Shown here: one piece after another, positions 29,380 through 41,579 of the stretch
Layout: each line of letters opens with the position of its first letter
Numbering within the stretch: the stretch's first letter is position 1
Assembly: GCA_963729605.1 (NCBI GenBank)
Contig: CAVSNY010000006.1
Coordinates: forward strand, 441,529 to 505,528
DNA length: 64,000 nucleotides
Direction of reading: 5' to 3'
From: an uncultured Gammaproteobacteria bacterium
Lineage (GTDB): Bacteria; Pseudomonadota; Gammaproteobacteria; DRLM01
Notes under the pieces: model-generated
Database searches by the model: none
Told to the model about the DNA's origin: nothing
Seen by the model: the letters and a program-made list of their open reading frames with translations, nothing else
Position numbers and translations under genes: made by a program

Positions 29380-32300
29380 ATGTTTAAAATCATTATCGAA
29401 ACAGCAGTTCGCTTTCGCTGGGCCGTAGTTTTTGTCGCGACGCTTATCGCGGCTTATGGCCTGTTCCAGCTTACCAAGCTCCCCATTGATGCCGTGCCGG
29501 ACATCACAAACCGCCAAGTGCAAATCAACACTATTGCACCTGCGCTCGCGCCCGGTCAGATAGAGCGTCAAGTCACCTACCCACTCGAAACCGCATTGGC
29601 CGGTATCCCGGGACTGACCAACACGCGCTCCATTTCGCGCAACGGATTCTCCCAAATCACTGCCATTTTCACCGACCAGACTGACATCTACTTCGCACGT
29701 CAGCAAGTAGCTGAACGTATGCGCGAAGTGCTGGAGGACTTGCCCGAAGGGGTGACGCCGATGATGTCGCCAGTGACTACGGGGTTAGGTGAAGTACTGA
29801 TGTGGACTGTGGACTACACGCCGTTCGATCCGGAGAACGTGGGTCAACCGAACGAACCGGGCTGGCAGACCAACGAAATCTATCTGACACCCGAAGGCGA
29901 CCGCCTCACCACGCCAGAGGAGCGTGCCACCTACCTGCGCATAGTGCAGGACTGGATTATCGCACCGCAGATGCGCTCGGCTCCCGGGCTCGCGGGCGTC
30001 GACACCATCGGTGGCTACGTCAAGGAATACGCCATCCGTCCGAATGCCGAACGGCTTGCAGCCTACGGTCTCGGCCTAGGCGATCTCGTGCAGGCGCTTG
30101 AACGTTCCAACGTCCAGGCGGGTGCCGGATTCATCCAGCGTGCTGGCGAGGGTCTGATCGTTCGGACCGATGCCCTTGCGCAGACTGTCGACGATCTGGC
30201 GCAGGCGCCTGTCGCCAATCGCGACGGCTTCGTCATCCGGGTCTCGGATGTGGCGAGTGTCGGTCTGGGACGGGCGCCGCGCCTGGGCGCCGCCTCGCGC
30301 GATGGACACGAAGCCGTGCTTGGCACTGCATTGATGATCGCCGACGGCAATAGCCGCACCGTGGCGCAGGCCGCGGCCGAACGCCTTGTCGAAGTCAATC
30401 GCTCCCTGCCGCCGAACATCGTGGCCGAACCCGTGCTCGACCGCAGCGAGCTGGTGAATTCCACGATCAAGACGGTCGCCAAGAACCTGACCGAAGGCGC
30501 GCTGCTGGTCATCGCTGTGCTGTTCCTGTTGCTGGGCAACTTCCGCGCGGCGGCTATCACCGCATTGGTGATCCCGTTGTCATTCCTGTTCGCAGTGATC
30601 GGCATGAACCGCTTCGGGATCAGCGGCAACCTGATGAGCCTGGGGGCGCTCGACTTTGGGATCCTCGTCGACGGGGCGGTCATCGTAATCGAGGCAACGC
30701 TGCTTATGCTTGGCCAAAAGCGGGCCGAGCTGGGTCGTGCATTATCCGCCAGTGAGCGGCTAGGCGTGGCGATCCAGGCAGCGCGCAAGATGGTGCGACC
30801 CGCTGCCTTCGGCCAGATCATCATCCTGCTGGTGTTCGCACCGATCCTCACGCTGGAAGGTGTCGAGGGTAAGACCTTCCAGCCCATGGCGGCGACCCTC
30901 ATGCTTGCCTTGGTCGGCGCATTCATCCTTTCGTTCACCTTTGTGCCGGCCATGGCGGCGCTGTTCGTGCGCGAACCCAAGACCAAGCCCGAACACATTC
31001 CAGAGCAAGAGCATGACCACAGACACGATGGCGAGCACGAAACCCGCCTCATCCGTTATGTACGCGGCAAGGTCGAACCGGTCATCCGCATTGCGGTAAC
31101 GCGGCCACGTGCCGTACTCGCAGGCGCTGTTCTCATGCTCGCGATCGGCTTGGTGGCTTTCATGTCACTGGGTCGCGAGTTCATGCCCACGCTCGACGAA
31201 GGCAACCTGGCGATGCAGGCCCTGCGGGTTCCTTCTGCTTCGCTTGAACAGTCGTTGTCGATGCAGCTCGCCCTGGAGAGGGCGCTGACGAGTGAGCCGG
31301 AAGTGAGGACCGTCTTCTCTCGCACGGGTACGGCGGAAGCGGCCATCGATCCGATGCCGGTCAACATCTCCGACAGCGTGATCATGCTCAAGCCGCGCTC
31401 GGAGTGGCCCGACCCATCGCTGGACAAGGAAGAGCTGATCGGCCGGCTTGAGTCTATCGTCGGTAACCAGATCGGCAATGCGTTCGAGTTCAGCCAGCCC
31501 ATCGAACTGCGTTTCAACGAGCTGATTTCCGGTGTGCGTACCGACTTGGCCGTCATGGTCTTCGGCGACGACTTCGACATCATGCAGAGAGTCGCAGATC
31601 AGGTCGCACTCACGCTGCGTGGCATAGAGGGTGCCGCCGACTTGCGTGTGGAACAAGTCTCGGGATTGCCTACGCTCACGGTGCGAGTCGATCACGCCGC
31701 CGCCGCGCAATACGGTTTGACGGCTGCGGATGTCAGCGAGACAGTAGCAACCGGCATCGGCGGCACCTCAGCCGGTAGGATCTTTGAAGGCGATCGCCGC
31801 TTCGATGTGGTGGTTCGGTTTGACGAAGACGCTCGCAACGATCCGGCACAGCTAGCTGCTTTGCCCATCGTCGCGCCGGATGGTACGGTCGTGCCACTTT
31901 CCTCGGTCGCGCGCATCGAAGTCAGGGAGGGGCCTAACCAGATCAGCCGAAACAACGGTAGTAGGAGGATCGTTGTTCAGGCAAACGTACGTGGCCGTGA
32001 TCTGGGCGGATTCGTCGGGGAGGCGCAGGCTGCCGTGGCTGATGTGTCGCTTCCACCAGGTGTATACCTAACTTGGGGAGGTCAGTTCGAGAACCTGCAA
32101 CGCGCAGAAGCACGGCTGATGCTGGTGGTCCCGATCGTGTTCCTGCTGATCGGGAGCCTGCTGTACATGGCTCTGGGCACGATCCGTGAAGCCGCACTGG
32201 TGTTTGTCTGTGTGCCATTGGCGCTGGTGGGAGGCGCATTGGCGCTGCTGCTGCGTGACATGCCTTTCTCCGTGTCGGCCGCTGTGGGTTTCATCGCCGT

Positions 32301-32652
32301 GTCGGGAGTGGCGACACTCAACGGCCTGGTGCTGATGCAGGCGATTCGCGAACGCCTGACCGCTGGCGATTCACCGCTGGAGGCCGCTGCCGCCGGCGCG
32401 GCCAGTCGCCTGCGTGCGGTGCTGACCACGGCGCTCGTTGCGATCGTCGGCTTCATCCCGATGGCGATCGCTACCGGCTCCGGGGCCGAGGTGCAAAAGC
32501 CGCTGGCCACCGTCGTCATCGGTGGTCTGATCACGGCTACTGTACTGACCTTGCTGGTATTGCCAACCTTCGCCGCGCGAGCTACGAAGCCGAGGGTCAA
32601 TAGCACTGCCAGTTCAGAAGGGACCGCTAAACCGCTGGAGTCCGCGCCATGA
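29380..32652 (+). CDS. czcA: CzcA/CusA-family heavy-metal RND permease (divalent-cation type)
   Basis: LPIDAVPDITN; GNLMSLGALDFGILVDG; GAEVQKPLATVVIGGL; His-rich loop. Confidence 0.95.
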   Translation: MFKIIIETAVRFRWAVVFVATLIAAYGLFQLTKLPIDAVPDITNRQVQINTIAPALAPGQIERQVTYPLETALAGIPGLTNTRSISRNGFSQITAIFTDQTDIYFARQQVAERMREVLEDLPEGVTPMMSPVTTGLGEVLMWTVDYTPFDPENVGQPNEPGWQTNEIYLTPEGDRLTTPEERATYLRIVQDWIIAPQMRSAPGLAGVDTIGGYVKEYAIRPNAERLAAYGLGLGDLVQALERSNVQAGAGFIQRAGEGLIVRTDALAQTVDDLAQAPVANRDGFVIRVSDVASVGLGRAPRLGAASRDGHEAVLGTALMIADGNSRTVAQAAAERLVEVNRSLPPNIVAEPVLDRSELVNSTIKTVAKNLTEGALLVIAVLFLLLGNFRAAAITALVIPLSFLFAVIGMNRFGISGNLMSLGALDFGILVDGAVIVIEATLLMLGQKRAELGRALSASERLGVAIQAARKMVRPAAFGQIIILLVFAPILTLEGVEGKTFQPMAATLMLALVGAFILSFTFVPAMAALFVREPKTKPEHIPEQEHDHRHDGEHETRLIRYVRGKVEPVIRIAVTRPRAVLAGAVLMLAIGLVAFMSLGREFMPTLDEGNLAMQALRVPSASLEQSLSMQLALERALTSEPEVRTVFSRTGTAEAAIDPMPVNISDSVIMLKPRSEWPDPSLDKEELIGRLESIVGNQIGNAFEFSQPIELRFNELISGVRTDLAVMVFGDDFDIMQRVADQVALTLRGIEGAADLRVEQVSGLPTLTVRVDHAAAAQYGLTAADVSETVATGIGGTSAGRIFEGDRRFDVVVRFDEDARNDPAQLAALPIVAPDGTVVPLSSVARIEVREGPNQISRNNGSRRIVVQANVRGRDLGGFVGEAQAAVADVSLPPGVYLTWGGQFENLQRAEARLMLVVPIVFLLIGSLLYMALGTIREAALVFVCVPLALVGGALALLLRDMPFSVSAAVGFIAVSGVATLNGLVLMQAIRERLTAGDSPLEAAAAGAASRLRAVLTTALVAIVGFIPMAIATGSGAEVQKPLATVVIGGLITATVLTLLVLPTFAARATKPRVNSTASSEGTAKPLESAP

Positions 32653-33233
32653 AGTCTGATCTGACCCATCAGAAAACCGTTCTGCTGCAAGTATTGCTGT
32701 GGAACCTTGCCCTGTTTGTCGGGCTCGGCGTGGTCGGCTGGTTGGCCGACTCCAGCGCGTTACTCGCCAACGCCCTCGATAATGGGTCAGATGCGGCCGT
32801 CTATCTACTGAGCTATCTCGCCATAGACAGGCGTTCCGCATGGAAGCGCTCAGCAGCGACGGTGTCCGGGGTAATGCTGCTACTGTTCGCTATCGTCGTC
32901 ATAGCGGATGTCTTCAGGCGCTGGACCTATGGTGCTGAACCGCTAGGCCCGGTGATGATGGTGATGGCATTGATGGCGGGCGCTATTAACCTCTGGTGCC
33001 TCGCCCTGCTGCGGCGCGTCCGTTCCAGTGACATCAACTTGAAGGCGGCCGAGACCTTCAGCTTCAACGATTTCATTTCCAATGGGGGGGTGATCGTCGC
33101 AGGCGGGCTTGTGCTCTGGCTCGGCTCGTCCTGGCCGGATCTCGTAGTAGGAGCCCTAATTGCAACAGTCGCCTTAAAGGGAGGAGTTGAAATTCTGAAA
33201 AACGTACGCGAGGACAGGAAATCACGTGAGTAA
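32649..33233 (+). CDS. Short CDF-family cation transporter
   Basis: SSALLANALDNGSD; FSFNDFISN; WPDLVVG; ATGA overlap with czcA. Confidence 0.82.
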   Translation: MKSDLTHQKTVLLQVLLWNLALFVGLGVVGWLADSSALLANALDNGSDAAVYLLSYLAIDRRSAWKRSAATVSGVMLLLFAIVVIADVFRRWTYGAEPLGPVMMVMALMAGAINLWCLALLRRVRSSDINLKAAETFSFNDFISNGGVIVAGGLVLWLGSSWPDLVVGALIATVALKGGVEILKNVREDRKSRE

Positions 33234-34193
33234 ATTCACCAGGCCAATTGCGATGCAAATGTCGGATGGACGACTGCATTGTTCCGCCTTCGCCGCGCGA
33301 GCTGCGAAGCCACACATCAATAGAGGGGCCAGCGCATGACGAACATACTGCGCCTCACTCTGTGCTTACGACACCAGCGATATCATTCGTGTGCCACGAC
33401 GATGTGAGTAGACATCATAAAGCGCAGCTCGTTGCCGTCGCGGTAATGTTGGACGGCTTTTCGTGTGTCCTCCTTGACAGCTTCGACCAGTTCAGCCCGG
33501 ACTATGGAGTCTAGCTGTGCGAATAACGGCACTGCCACAGGCCAGATCCAGCACGCGCGCACTGCGCTGCGGGCCGACAATCTCAAGCAATATCCGTGTG
33601 AATGGATCAGCCATAGCTGGGCTGAGGTAGTGCTCATAAGTTTCTGCCGGGCTCGGCGCGTCGTTAGTCATTTACTTGCTCCTTGGTCCGTTAGTCGTCC
33701 AACCCGATCTTCTCAAACCACAGGGCGAAGCGTGCAAGATACCCTCGGCCTATCGTTTTCTCATACATGGTCCACGTTGTACCGGGCAGCTGCTCCGTTT
33801 TTTTAAGCGCGTCATCCATAAAGATTGAGATACCGAGCATGCCGAGCGAGCCAGAAGAAGCGCATGGCTCGTAATGGCAATTCGATGCGACGCATAGTCG
33901 AGCCACGGTACGATGATTGCCACTGTTGGCGGTATAGCCTGACCAGCAGCTAAAAGGGAGAGCTGAACGATGGCACACCAAAAATATGCATCTTATATCG
34001 GAACCCGTTACCAGTGCGCGGCGGCCTGTAGCTCTCGAATTTTAATTACAAACGTTAACCGCCCATATGCCCGACAGGACGTTTCGGTCAGCCGCTATCA
34101 GCTCTGGTCGGCGCTGGTGTCCTTGCCAACTACAAGCCTGGTGCTAGTGGAGATTCCTGATTTGCCTTAGATAGCTTCAAGGTATCGCTTGAT

Positions 34194-36524
34194 TTAGGTT
34201 GATCTGCGAAGCCGGAGGGCATTGAACACCACTGACGCCGAACTCAAGCTCATAGCCAATGCGGCAAACATCGGCGAAAGAAGAAGGCCCGCAAACGGGT
34301 ACAAGACGCCTGCTGCAAGCGGTACACCCAGCGCGTTGTAAACAAATGCGAAGCCGAGGTTCTGCTTCATATTGCGGACGGTCTTCTCCGACAGGAAGCG
34401 AGCCGTGGAAATACCGCGCAGGTCCCCCCTAACCAATGTGACTTGCGCGCTGTTCATGGCCACATCAGTTCCGGTCCCCATGGCAATGCCGACATTGGCC
34501 TTGGCAAGAGCCGGCGCATCATTGATGCCGTCGCCCGCCATCGCAACGATCCGTCCTTCGGATTGAAGCTTATTTACCAAATCGAGCTTGTCGCTAGGGG
34601 TCACTTCACCAAAAATCTCGTCGATGCCCAACCGTTCAGCAACAGCCCTCGCTGTAGAGACGCCATCTCCAGTGGCCATGATGATGCGGATCCCCGCTGC
34701 CTTCAGGGCGTCCACGGCCTCAGGGGTGGTTTCTTTGATGGGGTCAGAAACCGCCAACAAGCCAGCGAGTTTGCCGTCCACTGCCAGATACATAACGCTC
34801 GCACCCCTGGTTCGGAAACTTTCGGCAGTATCGCTCAGCTCGGCCACGTCGACGTTCTCCTGCTCCATGAGCGCGGTGTTACCCAGCGTGAGCGGTTTGC
34901 CATCCACCCGACCGCTCACGCCGATACCGCTGCCGGATTCAAATTCTTCCACCGGGCTTAGATTCAGCCCGCGCTCGCGAGCGGCGCTGACGATGGCATC
35001 GGCGAGGGGGTGTTCGCTACCTTGATCCAAGCTGGCTGCAATTCGTAGGACTTCATCGGCGTCCATGTTGCCAGCGGAAACGGCTTGATCGAAGACTGGA
35101 CGGCCTTCAGTCAAGGTGCCCGTCTTATCAACGATGAGCGTATCGACTTTCCGCAGATTCTCTATTGCTGCAGCATCGCGGAACAGCACGCCCTGGGTGG
35201 CACCGCGGCCCGTTGCCACCATGACGGACATCGGCGTAGCGAGCCCCAGCGCACAAGGGCAGGCGATGATCAGTACAGCCACTGCGTTAATCAGTCCATA
35301 GACCCAACTTGGCTGCGGGCCGAAAACTCCCCAGACAAAGAATGTCGTGATTGCGATCACGACCACAGCCATCACGAAGTAGCCGGCCACGAGGTCAGCC
35401 ATCCGCTGCATCGGCGCCCGAGAGCGCTGGGCTTGTGCAACAAGTTGGACAATTTGCGACAGCACCGTGGCTGAACCTACTTTTTCTGCTCGTATCACTA
35501 GCGCGCCGGATGTATTCATGGTCGCGCCAATGACTTTGTCACCTGGGCGCTTGCTGACGGGAATAGGCTCCCCTGTAAGCATGGATTCATCGAGTGAACT
35601 GTTGCCTTCTTCGACGACCCCATCAACGGGTACTTTTTCTCCGGGTCGCACTCGAAGGCGATCACCTTCGTGAACATGCGTCAGCGGTACATCCTCTTCA
35701 GTTCCGTCTGCATTGATACGACGGGCAGTTTTGGGTGCTAAACCGAGTAATGACCTGATAGCAGCGGAGGTCTGTGATCGGGCGCGGAGTTCGAGAACCT
35801 GGCCAAAAAGGGTTAGTGAGATGATGACCACCGCAGCTTCAAAGTAAACGCCAACGCGCCCCATCGACTGGAAGGTTTCGGGGAAAATGCCCGGGGCCAC
35901 TGTTGCGACCGTGCTGTACATGAATGCCGCCCCCGTACCCAAACCAATGAGCGTCCACATGTTGGGACTGCGGTTGATAACAGATTGCCAGCCGCGCACA
36001 AAAAATGGCTGCCCTGCCCATAGCACTACCGGTAATGACAGTACGAGCTCTATCCACGCCTGCATGCCCATGTTGAACCAGCCAAGCTGGGGACCGAACA
36101 TCGCCAGCACGGTGACCACGATGGTGAAAGGCAGCGTCCACCAAAATCGTCGGGAAAAATCTTTTAGTTCTGGATTATCGTCATCTAGGCTGGGCATGAG
36201 CGGCTCGAGCGCCATGCCACACTTGGGACAGCTTCCTGGATGGTCCTGTTGAATTTCAGGATGCATAGGGCAAGTGTAGATTGTACCAGGCTCTACTTGT
36301 CCGGCAGATTCTTCTTTATTTCGTGGTGCAGTGAATTTCTCAGGCTCGCTTTCGAACGTGTGCATACACTTTGCACTGCAAAAATAAAAAGACTTTTCTT
36401 CATGTGCAACGTGATAGGGAGACTCTTCTGTTACATTCATCCCGCACACAGGATCAGTAAGCTGCGACCCGAAGTCCTGTTTTTTTACGGCCTGATTATG
36501 GGACCGTTCATTGTTCTCCGCCAT
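34194..36524 (-). CDS. Cu(I)-translocating P1B-type ATPase with YHS and heavy-metal-binding domains
   Basis: DPVCGM..YFCS..C; YTCPMHP..CPKCGM; TGE, CPCALG, DKTGT, GDGIND, YN and MSLSS. Confidence 0.96.
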   Translation of the reverse strand: MAENNERSHNQAVKKQDFGSQLTDPVCGMNVTEESPYHVAHEEKSFYFCSAKCMHTFESEPEKFTAPRNKEESAGQVEPGTIYTCPMHPEIQQDHPGSCPKCGMALEPLMPSLDDDNPELKDFSRRFWWTLPFTIVVTVLAMFGPQLGWFNMGMQAWIELVLSLPVVLWAGQPFFVRGWQSVINRSPNMWTLIGLGTGAAFMYSTVATVAPGIFPETFQSMGRVGVYFEAAVVIISLTLFGQVLELRARSQTSAAIRSLLGLAPKTARRINADGTEEDVPLTHVHEGDRLRVRPGEKVPVDGVVEEGNSSLDESMLTGEPIPVSKRPGDKVIGATMNTSGALVIRAEKVGSATVLSQIVQLVAQAQRSRAPMQRMADLVAGYFVMAVVVIAITTFFVWGVFGPQPSWVYGLINAVAVLIIACPCALGLATPMSVMVATGRGATQGVLFRDAAAIENLRKVDTLIVDKTGTLTEGRPVFDQAVSAGNMDADEVLRIAASLDQGSEHPLADAIVSAARERGLNLSPVEEFESGSGIGVSGRVDGKPLTLGNTALMEQENVDVAELSDTAESFRTRGASVMYLAVDGKLAGLLAVSDPIKETTPEAVDALKAAGIRIIMATGDGVSTARAVAERLGIDEIFGEVTPSDKLDLVNKLQSEGRIVAMAGDGINDAPALAKANVGIAMGTGTDVAMNSAQVTLVRGDLRGISTARFLSEKTVRNMKQNLGFAFVYNALGVPLAAGVLYPFAGLLLSPMFAALAMSLSSASVVFNALRLRRST

Positions 36525-36620
36525 GACTATAAGACCTCTTCAGGAATAAGCGATACTTCGCGACTTAATGTGCGAGCACGAACCCATCCGCGCGTCGCGA
36601 TGAATACAATATTTTTCGGG

Positions 36621-38072
36621 TTACCTATCGTTTAGCGTAGCTTTGGTCGCAAACATAGGGTTACAAAAAGTATGCGGTATCGTGATGACAAAGCGCGTAA
36701 GGCTGTCATCCGACTCCGCATGGATTCTACCCTTGTGCGCCTCGACGATAGTCTTGACAATCACCAGGCCCAACCCCGCGCCTTCACCTTTGCTCTGACG
36801 TGAAGGATCAACGCGGTAGAAGCGATCAAAGATTCGAGATAATGCTTGTCGCGGAATCTTTGGTCCGGGGTTTTCGACACTGATCGTGGTAGCTCCCACA
36901 TCTTGATGCAGTCGAACAGTAATGCTTGCGCCGCGCGGCGTGTAACGGATCGCATTGGAAAGGAGATTGCTGAGTGCGCGGCGAAGCATTTCTCGATCAG
37001 CCTGTATCGGTGCTGCGCGCCCCTTGAGCTGCAACGAGACACCCCGATCTTCTACCCATGCCTCGAAATACTCGAACAATCCCTGGGTCGCTTCGGTGAG
37101 GTCCACGGTCTCCAGATAGAGATCGTCCGGGGCGTTCTCGGTCTGTGCCAGAAACAGCATGTCGTTGATCATCCGATTCAGGCGCCCGAATTCCTCTAGG
37201 TTCGAGTAAAGAATTTCCCGGTACTCATCAGCGGAACGGGGCTGACCCACCGCCACTTCCGTCTGAGTGGTCAGGTTGGTGACTGGCGTGCGCAGTTCAT
37301 GGGCGATGTCGGCGGAGACATTGGCGAGTTGGGCGTATCCCTCCTCGATGCGCCCGAGCATAGCGTTGAACGAGGCGATGGTCTCTTCCAGTTCGATCGG
37401 TACTTCCTTCGGGTCCAATCGCATGTACAACTTGGAAGAGGTGATCGCTCGAATCTTTTCGTTGGCCCTGCGAATCGGTTTGTGCCCCCAGCGAACCGCA
37501 CTCCAGGCCACCAGAATCACGATGCACATGACAACGCAGACCGTCCACCACTGGATGCGTTTAAAACTGCTGATGAATGTGAGATGGACACCGATATCCA
37601 TCGCAACGGCTATCGTGTACTTTTCACTCAGGGTGTCATCGCCGCCGATCTGTAAAACAGCGCCGCGATAGTGCGTCCCGTTTTCTTCCCATATTGACAT
37701 TTCCTGCTCACTTGCGAGATCGACAGGACGCTCATTCGCGGCAAAGCGCGCCAGATCGGGACCACCTCTGGGAGCATAGAGTGCTTCTCCAGAAGCATTG
37801 GCTACATAGTAGTAGACGCCATGGTGCCCACGGACTGCACGCTGCAAGGCCTGCGCATCGCTATTGTCATGCACCTCACCTAGCGCTCGGATCACCGAAC
37901 TGGCTATCACCCTCAGCTCTTCTTCATCCATCTCGGCGAAGTGCTGATCCAACGATTTGACACTGATCCAGTTAAATATCAGAAATACCAGCAGCATCGC
38001 CAGGCCGACCAACCAGGTTATCCGCAGCGCGAGTGAGGCTGGACGGCGAGCGATAGCAGGTTTATTCGTCAT
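36621..38072 (-). CDS. copS: Heavy-metal sensor histidine kinase
   Basis: Start MTNKP at 38072; two TMs; [11 protein letters not shown]; NLLSNA; FDRFYR; GAGLGL. Confidence 0.93.
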   Translation of the reverse strand: MTNKPAIARRPASLALRITWLVGLAMLLVFLIFNWISVKSLDQHFAEMDEEELRVIASSVIRALGEVHDNSDAQALQRAVRGHHGVYYYVANASGEALYAPRGGPDLARFAANERPVDLASEQEMSIWEENGTHYRGAVLQIGGDDTLSEKYTIAVAMDIGVHLTFISSFKRIQWWTVCVVMCIVILVAWSAVRWGHKPIRRANEKIRAITSSKLYMRLDPKEVPIELEETIASFNAMLGRIEEGYAQLANVSADIAHELRTPVTNLTTQTEVAVGQPRSADEYREILYSNLEEFGRLNRMINDMLFLAQTENAPDDLYLETVDLTEATQGLFEYFEAWVEDRGVSLQLKGRAAPIQADREMLRRALSNLLSNAIRYTPRGASITVRLHQDVGATTISVENPGPKIPRQALSRIFDRFYRVDPSRQSKGEGAGLGLVIVKTIVEAHKGRIHAESDDSLTRFVITIPHTFCNPMFATKATLNDR

Positions 38073-38760
38073 CCGGAACATCCAGCGTATAGCCCATGCC
38101 CCTGACGGTATGAATGAGCTTGGGCTCGAAGTCATCATCGATCTTCGCCCGCAGCCGACGAATCGCAACATCGATCACATTGGTGTCGCTGTCGAAGTTC
38201 ATGTCCCAGACCTGGGACGCGATCAGCGAGCGCGGCAACACTTCACCCTGGCGACGCGCCAACAACTCAAGCAGCGCGAACTCCTTGTTGGTCAGATTGA
38301 TACGCCGTCCGCCGCGGATCGCGCGTCGCCGAGCCAGGTCCAGTTCTAGATCCACGATCTGCATGCGGTCGTGGTGGATAGGCATGGCGCCGCGACGCAG
38401 CAAAGTGCGCACACGGGCAAGCAGCTCGGCAAAAACGAACGGCTTAATCAGGTAATCATCGGCACCCAGCTCCAGCCCCTGCACGCGATCATCCACATTG
38501 CCCCGTGCGGTCAGGAACAACACCGGAACCTGGTTGCCCGCAGCTCTGACCGACTGCAGGATGCGCCAGCCGTCTATATCAGGAAGCATGACATCGAGCA
38601 TGATCAAGTCGTAGGCTTCGGTCATGGCCATGTGGTGACCATCGAGCCCATTGCGCGCCAAGTCAACTACAAACCCTGCTTCCGTAAGGCCCTGACGAAC
38701 ATAGTCCGCCGTCTTGTTCTCGTCTTCGACAACCAGCAGTTTCATCGTTGTGTTACTCAT
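38062..38760 (-). CDS. copR: Heavy-metal response regulator (CopR/CusR)
   Basis: MKLLVVEDE; LDVMLP; [23 protein letters not shown]. Confidence 0.96.
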   Translation of the reverse strand: MSNTTMKLLVVEDENKTADYVRQGLTEAGFVVDLARNGLDGHHMAMTEAYDLIMLDVMLPDIDGWRILQSVRAAGNQVPVLFLTARGNVDDRVQGLELGADDYLIKPFVFAELLARVRTLLRRGAMPIHHDRMQIVDLELDLARRRAIRGGRRINLTNKEFALLELLARRQGEVLPRSLIASQVWDMNFDSDTNVIDVAIRRLRAKIDDDFEPKLIHTVRGMGYTLDVPDDE

Positions 38761-38836
38761 GCGATGCCCGGGCCTTCCAGGGGAATCGGGTCAGGTGGCT
38801 TCAACCAGCAGCTTATCTAGCTGGACCTGCCAGAAT

Positions 38837-38876
38837 GATGACACGGAGATTACAAAAATGTAATCGCAATGTCATC
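38837..38876. promoter_or_regulatory. Cop/CusR box in the divergent copR / DUF305 promoter
   Basis: GATTACA-AAAA-TGTAATC (38848-38865) nested inside GATGACA...TGTCATC. Confidence 0.8.
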
Positions 38877-38933
38877 AGAATGACAGCGACAGCTCCTCAG
38901 GATGACCATTGAAGCTGGAGAAAGGGATTCGAG

Positions 38934-39449
38934 ATGGAGCACACTTCACACACGACTGACGATGGTCACGGGAAGAGAACACATCGACCCTACCTGATGT
39001 TCTGGATCAACATGGGCCTCGCCCTGATTGTCATGTATATCGTCATGTTTACGATGATCGATGGCATCCACGACTTCCGGAACAATCTCAACATGTTCTA
39101 TATGGCCGTGACGATGTGGGCGCCTATGGGAATTTTCATGCTCGCAACGATGCCGCACATGTTTTCCAAGGGAAGTCTTAATGTCGCGCTCTATGTACTT
39201 TTTGCCGTTTTAACGATTGGATCGTTTACTGCGACGCGTGCGCAAACACTCATCAATGATCGCCAGTTCATCGATTCGATGATTCCGCATCACTCCGGCG
39301 CGATCCTGATGTGCCGCGAAGCCGATCTCAATGACGCCGAGCTTGTGGACCTTTGCACTGAAATCATTAGAGCGCAGCGATCCGAAATCGATCAGATGGA
39401 GCGAATTAGAACGCGCCTAGATGGCGGATCGTCACGCTCGCCGCAGTAG
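38934..39449 (+). CDS. DUF305 (CopM-like) Met-rich membrane protein
   Basis: Met-rich TM segments; FIDSMIPHHSGAILMC..EIDQM. Confidence 0.85.
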   Translation: MEHTSHTTDDGHGKRTHRPYLMFWINMGLALIVMYIVMFTMIDGIHDFRNNLNMFYMAVTMWAPMGIFMLATMPHMFSKGSLNVALYVLFAVLTIGSFTATRAQTLINDRQFIDSMIPHHSGAILMCREADLNDAELVDLCTEIIRAQRSEIDQMERIRTRLDGGSSRSPQ

Positions 39450-39633
39450 GGTTCAGTCAATTCGTCTGCAGATACCGCATTCATTGACGAACATTCTCGA
39501 AACTCGTACTTCCGATGACAGACATCTTGCTTCAATCAAGCACCAGAGAAACCTAGGCAGTAGGGTTGCAATCGCTGATGCTGGTTAAAGATGACAGCTG
39601 TCGAAAAACTTCGTGAGCGTATCGTTTTTCTGA

Positions 39634-40407
39634 TTACATCCATCCCATGCGCAGCGGCATCCATATGGCCATTGCAATCATAATGAGATTCTCCGTAAGG
39701 GAGACGAAGCCTAGCGGCACATTGCTGTTGCCTCCAACGCAGGCGCATTTGAGCTTGCGCTTGTCGATGTAGACCGCCTTAATTACCGAGACGGCACCTA
39801 CTGTACCGATGAACAGAGCCAGGGGCGATGCGACCCACATCAGAGCTCCGGCTAGCATCAAAACTCCCGCCAGCGTCTCGCCAAAGGCATAGAAATACGC
39901 ATAGGGTACATAGTGGCGCGCCAGAAGATCGTAGTTGAGGAACATAGTCGAGAAACTTTCCACGTCCTGGAGTTTCTGCACACCGAGCAAGCACATGGCG
40001 ACGGCAATTGACGCTTCGACGGCATGGATGCTGAACAAGGTTCCGGCGGCGAACCAGCTCACTGCAAACCCCATCAAGAGCGCAACGCTGAATAGCGCAA
40101 TAATCGGCTGGTAGGTCGTCTCGTCCTTGCCGCGCAGCCGTTTGCCGAAGTGTTTGCGTGTATCGTCATAGCCGCCGATCCGCTCGCCTCCGATGAAAAC
40201 TTGCGGTGTGGTCTTGACATCATGCTCTTGCATGAAACGATCGGCTTCCTCTCGCGTCGACAATGGATGGTCTTCGACCGAGAAACCCCGTCGTTCCAAG
40301 AACGACTTCGTCTTCAAACCATACGGACATAAGTGATCGCTCGTTGCCAGGCGATAGAGCGATGCCGTCGTACCACCGCTTCGGCCCGGGACAGCCTGCT
40401 TTGTCAT
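39634..40407 (-). CDS. Glutaredoxin plus MauE/DoxX fusion protein
   Basis: Start MTKQAV; CPYG; TTPQVFIGGERIGGYD; CACVGG..PLGFVSLTEN. Confidence 0.88.
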   Translation of the reverse strand: MTKQAVPGRSGGTTASLYRLATSDHLCPYGLKTKSFLERRGFSVEDHPLSTREEADRFMQEHDVKTTPQVFIGGERIGGYDDTRKHFGKRLRGKDETTYQPIIALFSVALLMGFAVSWFAAGTLFSIHAVEASIAVAMCLLGVQKLQDVESFSTMFLNYDLLARHYVPYAYFYAFGETLAGVLMLAGALMWVASPLALFIGTVGAVSVIKAVYIDKRKLKCACVGGNSNVPLGFVSLTENLIMIAMAIWMPLRMGWM

Positions 40408-40616
40408 GGTAAACCTCCTCTTAGAACCAGAGCCGCCGGCCGATGTGCTCGGCCCACAGCCCACGGTACCCAGGTCGGGTTGTAGACGACCATCAGCGGT
40501 AGCGCGCCTTCAGCCGGAACATCGGCGGCCGCCGGAGCCGTCCTCGACATGATGGGTGCTGACGACCAACATAATCGAGGCCTTACGTTTCAGGAGCGAC
40601 ATAGCGGTGGGCTCTC

Positions 40617-41579
40617 CTAGAACCAGATGCGCACGCCCGCGACAACGCGCGTGTCCTCGATGTCGCGGGACTGTTCGCGCCGGTAGTCGGCGGTGCCACC
40701 GTATGCGCGCTCCCACACCACGCCGATGTAGGGCGCGAACTGACGATGGAACTCGTAGCGTAGACGGAAGCCAGCCTCCAGCGTGCTCAGGCCGCTACCG
40801 ATGCCGCGCTTCCGATCGTCTTGTCCCCATACTTCGGCCTCGACCAGCCACTGCCCGATCAGGCGGTTGGTGAACAGCGTTTCGTACTCGGCCTCAAGCC
40901 CGAGACCGGTCTGGCCCGATTCGCCGAGGTAGGCGGTCGCCTCGACTTCGAACATGTACGGCGCCAGACCCATCACACCGACGGCAGCGAAGGTCTGCGA
41001 CGGCCCTTCCCCAAAGTCGTGGCGAACACCGGCGACCAGGTCCCACCACCGTGCGATTGCGCGGCCATAAAGCACTTCGACATCGGCCGACTCGACGCTG
41101 CCGTCGATTGATTCGCCCTCGCTGCGCACCCATACGCGGTCCAGGTCGGTGCCAATCCAGCCGCTGCCTTCCCAGCCGATGGCGCTGCCTTCGTCCGCGT
41201 CCCAGGTTTCGAGCCTGTTGAGCAACGCGAACCAGTGCACGCCGTCGTCGTGAACGGTGTGTCCAGCGACATCGGGGAATGCTGCCTCGCGATCGGAATC
41301 GGTCACCGCCGGAATCGGTTCGCGCGGCGCGGCGTTCGCCGGCAGGTCTTGTCCTTGCATGCCGGCATGTTCTTCGGTCGTCATGCCTTCCATGTCGTGG
41401 CCCATAGCGGAGTGGTCCATCTCCTCCATGGATTCCGCGGGCGGCATACCGTGCCCCATCGCGGAATGGTCCATTTCCTGTGTGAAGACTGGCGCGGATA
41501 CACCGCCCAGCGCGAGCGCGATCGCAACGCCGAGTAAACGCGTGCGTGTGATGGCAGGTATCGATTTCATGAGTTTCAT
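40617..41579 (-). CDS. copB: Copper resistance outer-membrane protein B
   Basis: MDHSAMGH repeats; GLAPYMFE; RLRYE..RQFAPYIG; GVRIWF; ATGA overlap with copA. Confidence 0.95.
   Translation of the reverse strand: MKLMKSIPAITRTRLLGVAIALALGGVSAPVFTQEMDHSAMGHGMPPAESMEEMDHSAMGHDMEGMTTEEHAGMQGQDLPANAAPREPIPAVTDSDREAAFPDVAGHTVHDDGVHWFALLNRLETWDADEGSAIGWEGSGWIGTDLDRVWVRSEGESIDGSVESADVEVLYGRAIARWWDLVAGVRHDFGEGPSQTFAAVGVMGLAPYMFEVEATAYLGESGQTGLGLEAEYETLFTNRLIGQWLVEAEVWGQDDRKRGIGSGLSTLEAGFRLRYEFHRQFAPYIGVVWERAYGGTADYRREQSRDIEDTRVVAGVRIWF

Noticed and set aside
33250-34190. Short ORFs between the CDF gene and the Cu-ATPase
   Set aside because: No convincing starts or motifs; 33383-33520 may be a methyltransferase tail relic but I cannot support it
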